A stretch of 61,192 nucleotides of DNA, counting the filler, from Fonticula-like sp. SCN 57-25 (Eukaryota), in NCBI GenBank assembly GCA_001724245.1. It is 10 parts of 10 records of this genome, joined end to end, with 100 filler letters (N's around TTAATTAATTAA, not from the genome) between each part and the next. Parts side by side here need not be neighbours in the genome. Positions count along the whole stretch, not along the records: positions 1 to 5,970 come from MEDX01000660.1; positions 6,071 to 14,925 come from MEDX01000661.1; 8 more parts are not named here. The stretch is one strand, 5' to 3'. The notes beneath the pieces were generated by a model that worked only from the letters and a program-made list of their open reading frames with translations, was not told where the DNA came from and ran no database searches. This document shows, piece by piece, positions 1 to 11,321 of the stretch. Made by a program: the position numbers and the translations under genes. Positions within the stretch are counted from its first letter, which is position 1, and the number at the start of each line of letters is the position of its first letter.

Positions 1-1726
1 TGCAACGCGAGATTCTCCAATTGTCGCGCGACAAGGCGCAAGTCGTAGACAATATGATCCAGTTGAGTACAGAAATTCAAACTGCAAGGCAATTGTAAGT
101 TGCTCCAGTTGTGCTCTAACAGCAGCAACAACAATAACAACACCGTTTCTAACAATTTCAACAACATTTATTGCGATGAACAATTGTCACACCAATTACA
201 ATGGGCATTTATTGATGCATCAATTATTGCAATATCAACATTATCAAATACTAAAATATCAACTATATCAATACTACCAATCTTTACATTGGCAATAACA
301 ATACCAATTACAACACATGGGATGCAGAATCAAGGAACAGGAGCAGATCATCGCAAAACTGTTGAACGAAAAGTTGCAGCTTAGCGAGCAACAGAAGATG
401 GCCAAAAAGGAGACAGACCAATTGATTGTCGAGATTCATCGTCGTGACACTGAGATTATCAGACTCGACGCTGAGAACAAGCAACTCGATGCTGAGAATC
501 ACGAGCTCATCAGGCAAAAGGAGCTCCTATTCCTCCAAATTGCTGATCTGGAGTCGAGAAATGCTTCAGCACCTCAATTCTCACAACAACAGCAGGTTGC
601 TGCACAGACACCCATTGCTGACAAGAACTTGTCAGCTCCAGTCCCACCAATACGAAAGTTGAGCAAAACGAATAATAATAACAACACACCTCAGAACAAG
701 GGGAGCTCTTTTCTTGAGCTCTTCTCTTCAGCGACAAGTAGCCTCCTCAAGGATGTCTCTGCCCAGCTCTCCTCTACAAATAAATCCCTCTCAGCATCAT
801 CATCACAGATTAGTGAAAGAGCAGAGATGCAACGAAATGTAAAAACTCTTCAAGGGCACTATGAATCAATCAACTGCATTGCCATGAACCATCAGTTCTC
901 TCTCATGGCAACTGGTTCCAGTGATCGAACAGTGAAGCTCTGGGATCCAGCAACCTGTATGTTGCACAGTCAGCTCCCACCTTCTGGAAACAGTATTGTT
1001 AAGCTTTGTTTCTCACGAAGCAATGCTGTCGACCATTTGGCAAGTGGCTCTCTGGACCATCATGCCCATCTGTACAGCATCACCAATGGCAAGCTAATTG
1101 CCTCATTTAAGCATGACGCCTGGGTCTATGGTGTGGATCTGTTGGACTCGACTCGACTACTCTCAGCAGGCCATGATAATCTCATGAAGCTATGGGACAT
1201 CCTGACAACGAAACCCATTACCACCTTTTCCATTAATAGTAGCTGTAATGATTTGGAAATTTCTCCAGCAAATAACAGTAGCCTATTTTGCACAGTACAT
1301 CATGACTATAGTGTGCGCTTCTGGGACTACAAGACTGGCCAATGTGTGAAGAATCTTGAGAAACAACACAACCAATCAGTAACGAGTTGTAACTTTTCGC
1401 AAGATGGATGGCTACTGTTGACCAATTCTCGTGATGACACGTTACATGTAATCGATACGCGCACCTATAAGAAGATCCTCACATTGCAAGATAAGGCCTA
1501 CAAGAATGGCATGATTGCCAACAAGGCTCGCTTCTGTCCTAATAGCACTAAGGTATGTGCTGGTAGTGCACTGGGATCGCTTGTGATTTGGGACTTTTCA
1601 AATGTACAGTCTGTGCAGTCTCATGTAACAGAACGGGTGCATATGGGCTTGGTCAGTGGTGTGATATGGAGAGATGAACAGCATGTGATTTCCTGTGCCA
1701 AAGATGGCAATTTTGTCATTTACTGA
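1..1726 (+). CDS. ATG16-like coiled-coil + WD40 protein (5'-partial)
   Basis: The open frame from nt 3 (QREILQLSRDKAQVVDNMIQL) joins ORF 317-1726 in phase through a GTAAGT..CAG intron at 95-327. Long coiled coil, linker, then C-terminal WD40 repeats (GHYESINC..ATGSSDRTVKLWD, LLTNSRDDTLHVIDTR), as in ATG16L-type proteins. Confidence 0.7.
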
Positions 1727-1787
1727 AGTCTGAAATAAAACTCTCTGACCAGTGCAATGCCACTCACAATATTCAACAACTATTCCT

Positions 1788-3341
1788 CTAATTTTTCTTC
1801 TTGAGTGCTTTGAGCTCAGCCTTTTGTTGTAGTTTTTGTTGTGCCTCGTTGAGTTCCACTATAAGTGGGGCATCTTCATCATCATCCCCTCTTGTAACTC
1901 CAGCATGGAATGTTGTCTTCGTAGTCCCATTCCCGGTACGTTTCTCTTGTTGTACAATTGAAGTTGGTTGTTCATCAGCGTAGCTCCCTAATTCTCCTTC
2001 ATCTTCGTCATCTTCCTCTATTTGTCTTTCATAATCTTGAGGAATGTAGAGGCCAGTTGTAGGTTTCAGAGAATTGGATTTGAGCACAGATGCTGCCATC
2101 TCCTTAACAGCATGTGGTTTCTGGTCCTGTTGCGGTAATGATACTGCTCCAACTGCAGCTGGATGTTCCTGTGGAGCAGATGAAAGATGTTCTTTTGATT
2201 GGGGAGAGGGTTGGTAATGTAACTGTGGAGGTGCATTTGTTATTTCACTAGTGTTATTCAGTTTCCTCTTCTTGTTTGGGTTTTCGACAAACATCTCTTT
2301 ACGAATCAAATCCAACCCGAATTCTTGAATCTCTTGGTCCTTAGTTTTCAGCCCCTGGATTGCTGGTCTTGCAATTTCAATGAGCTTGTTCAAGTGTTCT
2401 TGTTCCACTTTAAGAACTGCAATCTCTTCCTGTAGTTTGTGCATCATCTTTTCGTTTTCTGCAGAAGTAATGTTGCTCATATAGGAATCCAGCGAATCTT
2501 CCTCTGCTTCCTTTTTCTGGCCATTAATCGTTTCCTGGTGAAGCGAACTCAACTGTTTATGCAAAACGGTCAATTTGGCATCTAGTTGCGCGCGCTTTTT
2601 CAGTAGTGTGTCAATTGTTTCCACTTGACTCTCCTTTTGTTGAAGCTTCTTCTGTATGGTACGATCAAAATATTCGTCCTCATCATCAAAGAGTGCATCT
2701 TCATTCACCTCCTCTTCAATGCGCAATCGCGCACGGGTATCCTCACCCTCAAAGAGTGCCTCTTCATCTTGCGATTCATCATCGTCTTGTTCATCTTCTT
2801 GTTCGTGGTTCTCCTCTCTCCTTCTCTTTGAACTTTGAGCAGCTGTAGTCTTTTCCTGAACCCTCTTTTGCTTCTTCCTCGACTTTTCGATTTCCGTCTT
2901 GATGAACTGCTCCTGCTGCTGCGACCTGCTTTGCTCCAATTGCTCAGCCCTTTGATCCTCACTGCAGAGCACGTAGATGCGCGTCGACTCGCCGAAGCGC
3001 AGCTGGTCCCCGAGACGCACCGGCACGTACACGAACGGTTTCACTCGCTTCGTGTTCCAGAAGCTGCCGTGTGTCGAGCCCATGTCGTACAGGAACAGGC
3101 GGCCGGTCGAGTGGAACTGCAGGATCGCATGCACGCGGCTCACGGACGGGTGCTCGAGTGCCAAATCGCAGAGATCGCCGTTGCGGCCCAATGTGTAACG
3201 GGTGCGCTCGTCGAGCGGAATGCTCCCGGATATCGAACCGCTCTTGAGAACCTCTAAATAATAGTGGATGAGCTGCGAATTGGAATTGGCTTGCCAGCTT
3301 GGTGGCTCGTAAATTATCACCGGTTGCTTGTCGTTGCTCAT
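1788..3341 (-). CDS. FHA-domain protein, kanadaptin (SLC4A1AP)-like
   Basis: YEPPSW, LEVLKSG, GR..CD..LEHPSVSR.HA..Q, DMGSTHG and FGESTRIY FHA motifs; DEDEYFDRT and DSLDSYM segments; coiled coils. Confidence 0.8.
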   Translation of the reverse strand: MSNDKQPVIIYEPPSWQANSNSQLIHYYLEVLKSGSISGSIPLDERTRYTLGRNGDLCDLALEHPSVSRVHAILQFHSTGRLFLYDMGSTHGSFWNTKRVKPFVYVPVRLGDQLRFGESTRIYVLCSEDQRAEQLEQSRSQQQEQFIKTEIEKSRKKQKRVQEKTTAAQSSKRRREENHEQEDEQDDDESQDEEALFEGEDTRARLRIEEEVNEDALFDDEDEYFDRTIQKKLQQKESQVETIDTLLKKRAQLDAKLTVLHKQLSSLHQETINGQKKEAEEDSLDSYMSNITSAENEKMMHKLQEEIAVLKVEQEHLNKLIEIARPAIQGLKTKDQEIQEFGLDLIRKEMFVENPNKKRKLNNTSEITNAPPQLHYQPSPQSKEHLSSAPQEHPAAVGAVSLPQQDQKPHAVKEMAASVLKSNSLKPTTGLYIPQDYERQIEEDDEDEGELGSYADEQPTSIVQQEKRTGNGTTKTTFHAGVTRGDDDEDAPLIVELNEAQQKLQQKAELKALKKKN

Positions 3342-3612
3342 TCCACTCGAATGTAAATGTGTTCCTTGAATGTTTGGTCAACTGGTGGTCACGAGTGTGA
3401 ATCGACTACAGAAACTCCTCACATTGAAGAACCTAAACAATGCGAGTAAGATACTGTGTATCAGAGTCACCCTGTTCATGTAGTGGGGAAAGTGTGTTTG
3501 TGGGTAACAGTAGCAACTCTGCCATCCAATCTTACGGACAACTCTGTCCGGTTGTTGTGTGAAGTGTGAGTTTTTTTTGCTTCTCTTTCTCAGTCAACCG
3601 ACAAGTCATAGC

Positions 3613-5014
3613 ATGAGTCAGCAAGACGGTTCTGAGGCAGAGGAGACCAAGTACCTTATTGAAGCGGAGAAGAGCTACTTAAACTTTGACCCCGAGGAAG
3701 AAAGTTTGAAAAAACAGGAAAGCGATGCGGTGGATAAGTACGGTATTTTTACCGAATTCTTGAAGCAATTGAAGCCAGGAGCAGAATTGTACCGTCTTTC
3801 TGTTCCTGTGTTCATCCTACAGCCCATTACCTTTCTTGAGAAATTGTCCATCTACTCGACACCCACTTCTCTCATGCTAACGTAGGCAAATCTATTGTAT
3901 TGTGTATTTATTTTTTTTAATTTTATATATTTTTTTTCACAAAACAAAAAATCACAAAATGCAAACAGTATCAACAATCAGCAAACTCCAGCCAGAAGAA
4001 TGCTTGCCGTGTTAGCTTGGGTGCTTTCAACTTGGCGTTCTATCCCCCGTACGGTATGGATTGGTTTTGAATTTTTGTTGTGAATTTTTTTTCTCACACC
4101 TCCACCTAACAGGGGCTACAGGGGGTCAAACCTTACAACCCCATTTTAGGTGAGCAATTCTACTCACATTGGGATCATCCGGATGGAAGCAAAACTGTGT
4201 TTGTTGCAGAGCAGGTGAAACACCATCCGCCCATCTCTGCCTTCCATGCACACAATCCGAAAACCCAGTTCACTTACCACGGCTGGGTCTATCCTCAGAC
4301 AAGTTTCAATTGGAATTCGATTAATACCACAATGGACGGCGAATTCTATTTGGAGTTGGGTTTGTTCAAGGAGCGATACCACATCCTCCAGCCAGACGTT
4401 TCTTGCAACGNNNNNNNNNNNNNNNNNNNTATTTGGTACGAAGACCATCGAAATTTATGGCGAATTGAAGATCTTGTGTGCGCAAACCGGTTACAAGGCA
4501 GTAATCAAATTTGGCGAAAATGTACGGCAGCACTTTGCGTTTTGTGCACTAACAGGCATTTTTTTACAATTTTGTTTTACAATTTTTTATCATTTTTTTT
4601 TTACATTTTCCTCCTCCACAGAACTCACTCGAGGGAGGTATTATGAACAAGGATGAAAAGAAAGAGTTCCACATTGAGGGAATTGTGAACAAGATTGTTG
4701 TTTTCAAGGATGTGAACTCGGACCAAGAAAAAGTGCTCTACAACTCGTCAAAGATCCAGCGTATGCAGAAATTTGTGAAACCATTGAACGAGCAGGCAAA
4801 GAACGAAGGTAGAAGAAATTGGCACAGGGTAACTGAAGCGCTACGCAAGGAAAACTTTGAAGAGGCCCAAAAGCAGAAATTCGCTATTGAGGAGCGCGAA
4901 CGCGCACTTAGAAAGAGAAGACAGGAGGAAGGAGTAGTCTGGAGCCCTCACCTCTTCCACTTAGAGGGTGAGAAGAACTGGCGATACAATGAGTACAAGC
5001 CAGTAGACAAGTGA
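3613..5014 (+). CDS. Oxysterol-binding protein (short, ORD-only), spliced
   Basis: LSVPVFILQP.TFLEK, KPYNPILGEQF (about 4128-4160), EQVKHHPP signature and C-terminal AQKQKFAIEERER. Three introns and an internal N gap. Confidence 0.9.
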
Positions 5015-5084
5015 AAACAAAAAAGTAATCCAGTAAAAAAAATCACTCTGTAACCGAGTTGACTCTCAAATTTTCCATTGCTCA

Positions 5085-5970
5085 ATGGAACAACGCGTGG
5101 TTATTCACCTGGACTTGGATTGCTTCTTTGTTCAAGGTATGTTGCAACGTTTCTTAGCCATTGTTAGTGGTAATCTTCGCGCTGGCAATTGACCATTGTT
5201 GAAATCAGTTGAACAGGAGAAAAACCCTCTTCTAAAGGGCAAATGTGTTGCAGTGCATCAACACGGTGATGTGATTGCAATCAGTTATGAAGGTGAGTTA
5301 CAGTTTCCTAGTTGGAACTTTCTTGTCCCGCTAAATTCTATTGATGGGCTTTCTGCTGCAGCACGAGCACAAGGTGTCAAGAAGCACACTACAAGTGAGG
5401 AGGCCATGAAGCAGTGTCCAGAGTTGCACTTGGTTCATGTGGAACACCTTCCTAATACTACCAAAGTAACTTACTCCTCCTATAGAAGAGCTAGTGCCAA
5501 TATTTGTAAGAAAATCCTGCAATCTTTGAAATCACTCTCAGAGAAGTATCATATCTCTTCTATTCCTTGTGAAAGGGCGAGTATTGATGAGGTATTTGTG
5601 GATATCTCAGAGTTGATGACCTTGTTCGCGAAGAAACAGCAATTCGGTAATCAAGTTGTGCTACATCAGTTCAACACTGCACAAACATTCAGTGCCAATA
5701 ATATACCCTTTAATATGTACTCGGAGGAAACGAAAAAACATAATATACTCCCTCAGGAAGAGTATAACACGTGGCTATTTGCAGCAACAATCGCAAATCA
5801 CATTCGGGAACAGGTATATTCACTTACTGGATACACTATGAGTGCAGGGATTGTGCCCAATAAGCTTCTCTCCAAATTTGCCTCAACTATGTGTAAACCC
5901 AACAAGCAGATAGTTGTGTGCAATAGCTCCATTCCAGACTTGATGAAACAAGTGAGAATACAAAAGATGC
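5085..5970 (+). CDS. Y-family translesion DNA polymerase (Pol eta/iota-like), 3'-partial
   Basis: MEQRVVIHLDLDCFFVQVEQ (spliced at 5137-5208), IAISYEARAQGVK, YRRAS, ERASIDEVFVD catalytic motif, SAGIVPNKLLSK..S..KPNKQ. Confidence 0.9.
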
Positions 5971-6070
5971 NNNNNNNNNNNNNNNNNNNNNNNNNNNNNN
6001 NNNNNNNNNNNNNNTTAATTAATTAANNNNNNNNNNNNNNNNNNNNNNNNNNNNNNNNNNNNNNNNNNNN
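5971..6070. other. Artificial contig linker (N-TTAATTAATTAA-N)
   Basis: 100-nt N spacer with a six-frame stop cassette, identical at nine places. Confidence 0.98.
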
Positions 6071-6816
6071 GATAGTCGTGCCCACTTGCCATTGGTCAGA
6101 CCATAAATGTACATGTGGCCATTTGAACATCCCGCGGCAAGCAGATTCCCGTCGGGTGAAAAGGCAACACGCATCACCTGCATAGCCCATATGAGCGGCA
6201 GGAAAAAATCAGTGGTAATAAATAACGCACTGTATCAGAAAATCCAGTCAATTTCTCAATAGCCGAGTAGTTTTTCAATGGATCCAGCAGTGTCACAGCC
6301 TTCTCATATCCGCCGATGGCGAGGATCCCATTAGGACTGAACGCGCATCCGAGCAGCTAGCCAAGAGATGAGCAAAGAAAGAGCGGAAAACAAGGCACGT
6401 ACACCCCTGCTGACTTTATGCACGATCATGTGAGAATTGTTGCCTGTGATTTGGATGACAGTGCCGCCGCCGGTCACGCCGACGAGACGCTTTCCGTTGG
6501 GCGACCACGCGACACAAAATATCTTGAAAATATGCTTGAATGCGATGGGTCAGATCAAAAGAGGACAATACGAGCACGTACAGTGGCGTCAGGTTCGACA
6601 GTGTACACCGTTTTTTTCGTGGTAATATTGATGATGCGTATCGTCCTATCCATGCCGCCGGTGGCCACCATTGTCCCATCGGGGGAAATCGCACACGCAA
6701 GTATCTACAACCGGCCGCAGCATCCGATCAGCAAATTGCACACGCGATAAGGAGCGGCAACATACCACATCATCGTGCGGTTTAAAAAACGCCTTCTTGA
6801 GGAGCCTCTGCGCCAT
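6071..6816 (-). CDS. WD40-SAM family paralogue C (3'-truncated by contig end)
   Basis: MAQRLLKKAFFKPHDD then exons ILACAISPDG, IFCVAWSPNG, LLGCAFSPNG, VMRVAFSPDG, colinear with paralogues A and B. Confidence 0.8.
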
Positions 6817-7110
6817 TTCCACGAGCTGCCTGCCGCTGCTGCCGCCGAGTCAAAGTAAAATCATGAAATCGCGCGCGAAAACCACGTGATTTTGATCACA
6901 TGATCAGCTGGTCGATTTGCCCGCGTTGACACGCTAGGGAGCGGTATTTGGGCTCAATACCTTTAACAAAGGCAGAAAAAATGTATTGAACTGATACACT
7001 GAGACAAAATACATCCACATGGATACTTCCATATATGGGATCGGATTCATAAGAACCAGAATTACAAAGGAAATGCTACCAAAATCATGAATGTCCGCAG
7101 TCAAAGATAC

Positions 7111-10100
7111 CTAGGCTGGATTATCGATTGTCGTCGCCCCACTCCACTTGGCCACCCACGTGGCCTTGTCACTATCCTCTTCATTTCGCTTCGCTCGCAC
7201 CATTCCGATAAACTTTACTGCCACAGGCGACTTGAGTGTTCCTTTACTTGCTTCAACAACACGCGTCGGCGTCAGCGAGCACAATGCCGCGCCATGCCAG
7301 CCAGCAGAGGCAAGAGAAGAGAAAGGAGCATCAAGTGTCTTGATTTAGTTTGCAGTTTGCTTGACATCCCAAGACAGCACACTGCCACTCGGTGGGCCAA
7401 ATGCACGGTCATCACTGAGGTTGTAATGTGCAATATAGCCGCGAAGTTGAAGGGCGGCAGCGTCAGCGAACGGCACACCAAGATCAACAATGTCACTCAC
7501 AGTGATCATGGTCAGCGAAACACCATCAATGTCCTTTAGCGGAGTTTGCAGTTTGCGAAGACCAATGTCACACAGCCACTCGTTGAATGCGTTCCCGGAG
7601 AGATTTTCCAACCCCGAGTCAGAAAGACTGTCTGTCAAGCTGTCAAGTGTCTTTGTACAGCTGTCAATGATGCCAAGTAGAGCATCGTGACGCTCATTAA
7701 GCTCACTAAACTCACTCGATTGTTCAATATACTCTGGTGTTAGCAATGCTCTCAATGCCCTCTTTTCGCTCACCACTACGCAGAATTAGTACTATTAATA
7801 GAGACAAGTCAAGTGCGCACGTTTGTTCTCGAGGTCCACAATCGACCGCTTCAGTTCCTGTTCACGCGACATCTGCTGACGTAATCCACTATCAGCCTTT
7901 TCAAGCGACGTCTTAATGTCCTTGACTTGTGCCTGCGCCTCTGCCAGTCGCTTGCGGACGCACGCGTTGTTGGGCAGCGGCACTTTAGGGGCAGTATGTG
8001 CTTGGGGTGCAGCCTCTGCTTGAGGGGCAGCTTGAGTTTGCGAGGCCGCGGAAGCTTGAGGGGTAGTCTTCGCTTGAGGAGCAGTCTGAGCTTGAGGGGC
8101 AGTGTTTGCTTTAGGGACAGTGTTTGCTCGAGGAGTAGTGAAAGGGGCAGTTTGAGCGGCAGTGTTTGCTTGAGGGGCAGTAAAAGAATCCGTTTCCCGA
8201 TATTCAACGTCAACGGCAAAAGGTAGCTGGCCTCGGAACCATTCAAAATCGCCTGGGGCAAACCCAACTACAATACCAAAGGACGCATGATGGTACGACA
8301 CTGACGTCACCTGTATCGCAACTAAAGTGAGCAAAAGAAGAAACAAAAGAGTGACACACCGCAATATCAGATTCATAGAATTTACTGGACACTCCGTCAG
8401 AGATGCGCCAAATGCGGACGGTTCCATCAAATGACCCGGTGATCACGTGTGAATCGTCGCCGAGAAAGGCGCCGCTAAGGACATCACGACTGTGCCCTAT
8501 TAACGTCCGGTGAGGAGAGGATGGCCACGTGTTTCCAGATGGAACATTCCAAATGGTGGCAGTCTTGTCTTCACTTGCAAATAGCATACGGCCAGAGGGA
8601 CTAAAGCAGAGTGAATCGATCTAGAATGCCATACAGTTTCAGTAATGATACAATCACAAAGAAATGAATCGTACACTCTTCACAAAGTACTCAATCTCTG
8701 ATACTTGCGCCCACTTGCCGTTGATCAGTCTATAAATGTAGATGAGACCACAGTCACATCCCACGGCAAGAAGATTCCCATCGGGAGAAAAGGCAAGGCT
8801 CATCACCTGCAAATCCACAGTCAGCAATAAAAAGTAACATTCTCGTTCGATAACGCACAGCTTCAGACAACCCTGTCAATGTTTGAATAACTGAATAGTT
8901 TTTGGACGGATCCAAGAGTGTCACTGTTTTACTTTGTCCACCAATGGCAAGGATCCCACTGGGACTGAAGGCAGCTCCATACAACTAGACCAAGATCAGC
9001 AAACAAAGAGGGGCAAGCAAAACGTACCCCTGTGTCGCTCGTGTACACGATCGAGTGCGCATTCATGTTTGTGACTTCAATGACAAAGTTCTTTCCGTCA
9101 CTCTCGCGGGATCCCAGGCAGATAAGCCGCTTCCCGTCGGGCGACCACGCAAGATATACCTTGAATGCAATGGTCAGAACAAAAGAGGACAAGCGTGTGC
9201 GTACAATGAAATTTTTGGGCACGTAGTACACGCATTGCTGCGTGGCCAGACTGATGATCTTGAGGGAATCGTAAGGTTCGCTTGATGCAACGAAATTGCC
9301 GTCGGGGGAAATCACACACATAAACAGCTGCAACACAAACAGTATCAGAAAAGCAGCACAATACACGAGCAGAGTAGCAGCAATGTACCCCTTCTCTTTG
9401 CACAACAATAGGCGCCTTCTTTTCGGCTTCCCGCGCCGTCTTCTCGGCCACTTTTTCCTTTCCGGCGGCATTGGCTGCGGCTTGAGGGNGCTTGAGGGGC
9501 AGGTGCAATAGATGGGTCGGTTTGCCAAAATTCAATGTGACCATCATGCAGACCAACAACAACGTTGCCAGAGGCAGCATGGCATGCGATGATCGCAACC
9601 TGAAACGGCATGTATGAGCGCTTAATACAAACAAGAAAATGAGGCATTATCGATATGGTCATACCCTTCCAACACATTGGTGGACTGCAGTTTGTTTTCC
9701 ATCAGAGGTGCGCCAAACGCGGATGGTTGAATCATATGACCCCGTGATGACGTGCGAATCGTCGCCGAGAAAGGAGGAGGCAAGAACACCTTCCGTGTGG
9801 CCCTTGAGTGTCAGGTGAGGAGTGGATGACCACTTGGCGGTTCCGGATGGAACTTTCCAGATGGAAGCGGTCTTGTCTCCACTTGAGACCAATAGCAGAC
9901 GGCCAGAGGGACTGAAGCTCATTGATTTGATCTAAGGGCAGTGATGAGTAGCGAGAAGAGCAAGACAAATACCATACATAGCGAGAATGATACTTGTTAT
10001 GTGATAGATGCTCCCACGTGCCATTGTTCAGTCCATAAATGTGCATGTGCGCATTGTTACATCCCACTGCCAGCAGATTCCCGTCGGGGGAAAAGGCAAT

Positions 10101-10766
10101 ACGCATCACCTGCGTCATTCGCGGTCAGAAACAGCGAGAAACGAATCTCTTTCGAGAGCGCACGTCATCAGTCAGTCCGGTGAGTGTTTCAACGACAGCA
10201 TAGTTGTTGGATGAATCCAAGAGCGTCACTGCTTTATCATCACCGCCGATGGCAAGGATCCCGCGAGGACTGAATGCGCATCCAAGAAACTAAGCGAGGG
10301 ATGAGCAAAAAAGAGAGGCAACTCGATGCATACACTATCAATGTTATTGAACACGACCGAGTACGCATTGTTATTTAAAATTTGGATGACAATAAACTCT
10401 CCGGGACCCTCAGGATTACCCTCACGTTTACGGCCGGACAGGGCGATCAGCCTCTTCCCGTCGGGCGACCACGCGACAGAAAACACCTTGAGCGCAATGG
10501 TCAGTTCGAGAGAGGGCAAATGTGCACGTACACAAACGTGAAGCTCCACGTGGTACACCAATTTCTGCGTCGCAATATTCATGATGCGTAATGTATTGTC
10601 AAAACTGCCTGTTGCCAAGAAAGCGCCGTCGGGGGAAATCGCACATCCCAACACCTGAAAACACAAGCAGCATCAGATCAGCGGCGCATTTCGCGAGCGG
10701 GTAGCGGCAATGTACCGAATGCTCGTGCGGTTTGATAATCGAGTGTCTGACCACTTTCATCGCCAT
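7111..10766 (-). CDS. WD40-SAM family paralogue B: two WD40 propellers, PQA repeats, coiled coil, tandem SAM-like domains; in-frame TAA at 7345-7347
   Basis: Two complete colinear sets of blade exons (about 10655-9500 and 9330-8200), a PQA linker, and a C-terminus that aligns with paralogue A through and beyond the TAA to a TAG at 7111-7113. A single N at 9489 lies in the inter-propeller linker. Confidence 0.75.
7984..8180 (-). repeat. Coding minisatellite, about 18-nt unit (PQAxTA/PQAxAA)
   Basis: Repeated GCTTGAGGGGCAG core on the + strand; protein TAPQANTA..TAPQAQTAPQAKTTPQA. Confidence 0.9.
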
Positions 10767-11321
10767 CTTCTCGACCAATCTTTCCCTTCTGGCGACCTTG
10801 CTGTGCCTGAGTGCCTCGCCGCCGCCGACGACGCGAGGGTGGCTTTGCGAGTAATCACGTGATTTAAACACGTGTGCGTTTGTTGATTGGTCGTTTGGTT
10901 TGGCTGAGGCGCTGTGTCAGGTACAAGTACCGCAGAGAATGGCCATATTATGGCATACTGGATCTGTATGGTATGGTACACAGGGAACCGAGCAAGTACA
11001 GCGTTTATCCCATATGCATCATGTAGTAATAAGCTTAGCAACGTCGATGTTCAAAGAACAAGGTGGTTCATCTTCCTTGGGGGCTGTCCAAAGAAAAAGT
11101 AAAATTTATTGAACTGATGCACTGAGACAAAATACGTCCACGTGGATGCATTCACACATGGGATCAGTGACATATGACACTGAATTCTAGGAAAAGCCAT
11201 CATATCCACATGGGTAACTAATGGCCGCCAATATAGATCTCGTTGAGACACAAAGATAAAGGCAACGATATGACAAGACAAACAGAAATCAAAGTGAAAG
11301 AGAAAAATTATATAAGGCATG

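Noticed and set aside
100-384. Asn/Ile-rich 94-aa ORF
   Set aside because: It lies in the 95-327 intron of the ATG16-like gene and is low complexity.
5971-6070. Regularly recurring palindrome TTAATTAATTAA
   Set aside because: It is always embedded in a fixed N spacer, so it is an artificial six-frame-stop linker and not biology.
7345-7347. Alternative genetic code with TAA as a sense codon
   Set aside because: TAA is the genuine stop of paralogue A (11322-11324) on the same contig, and I saw no other in-frame TAA in conserved exons.
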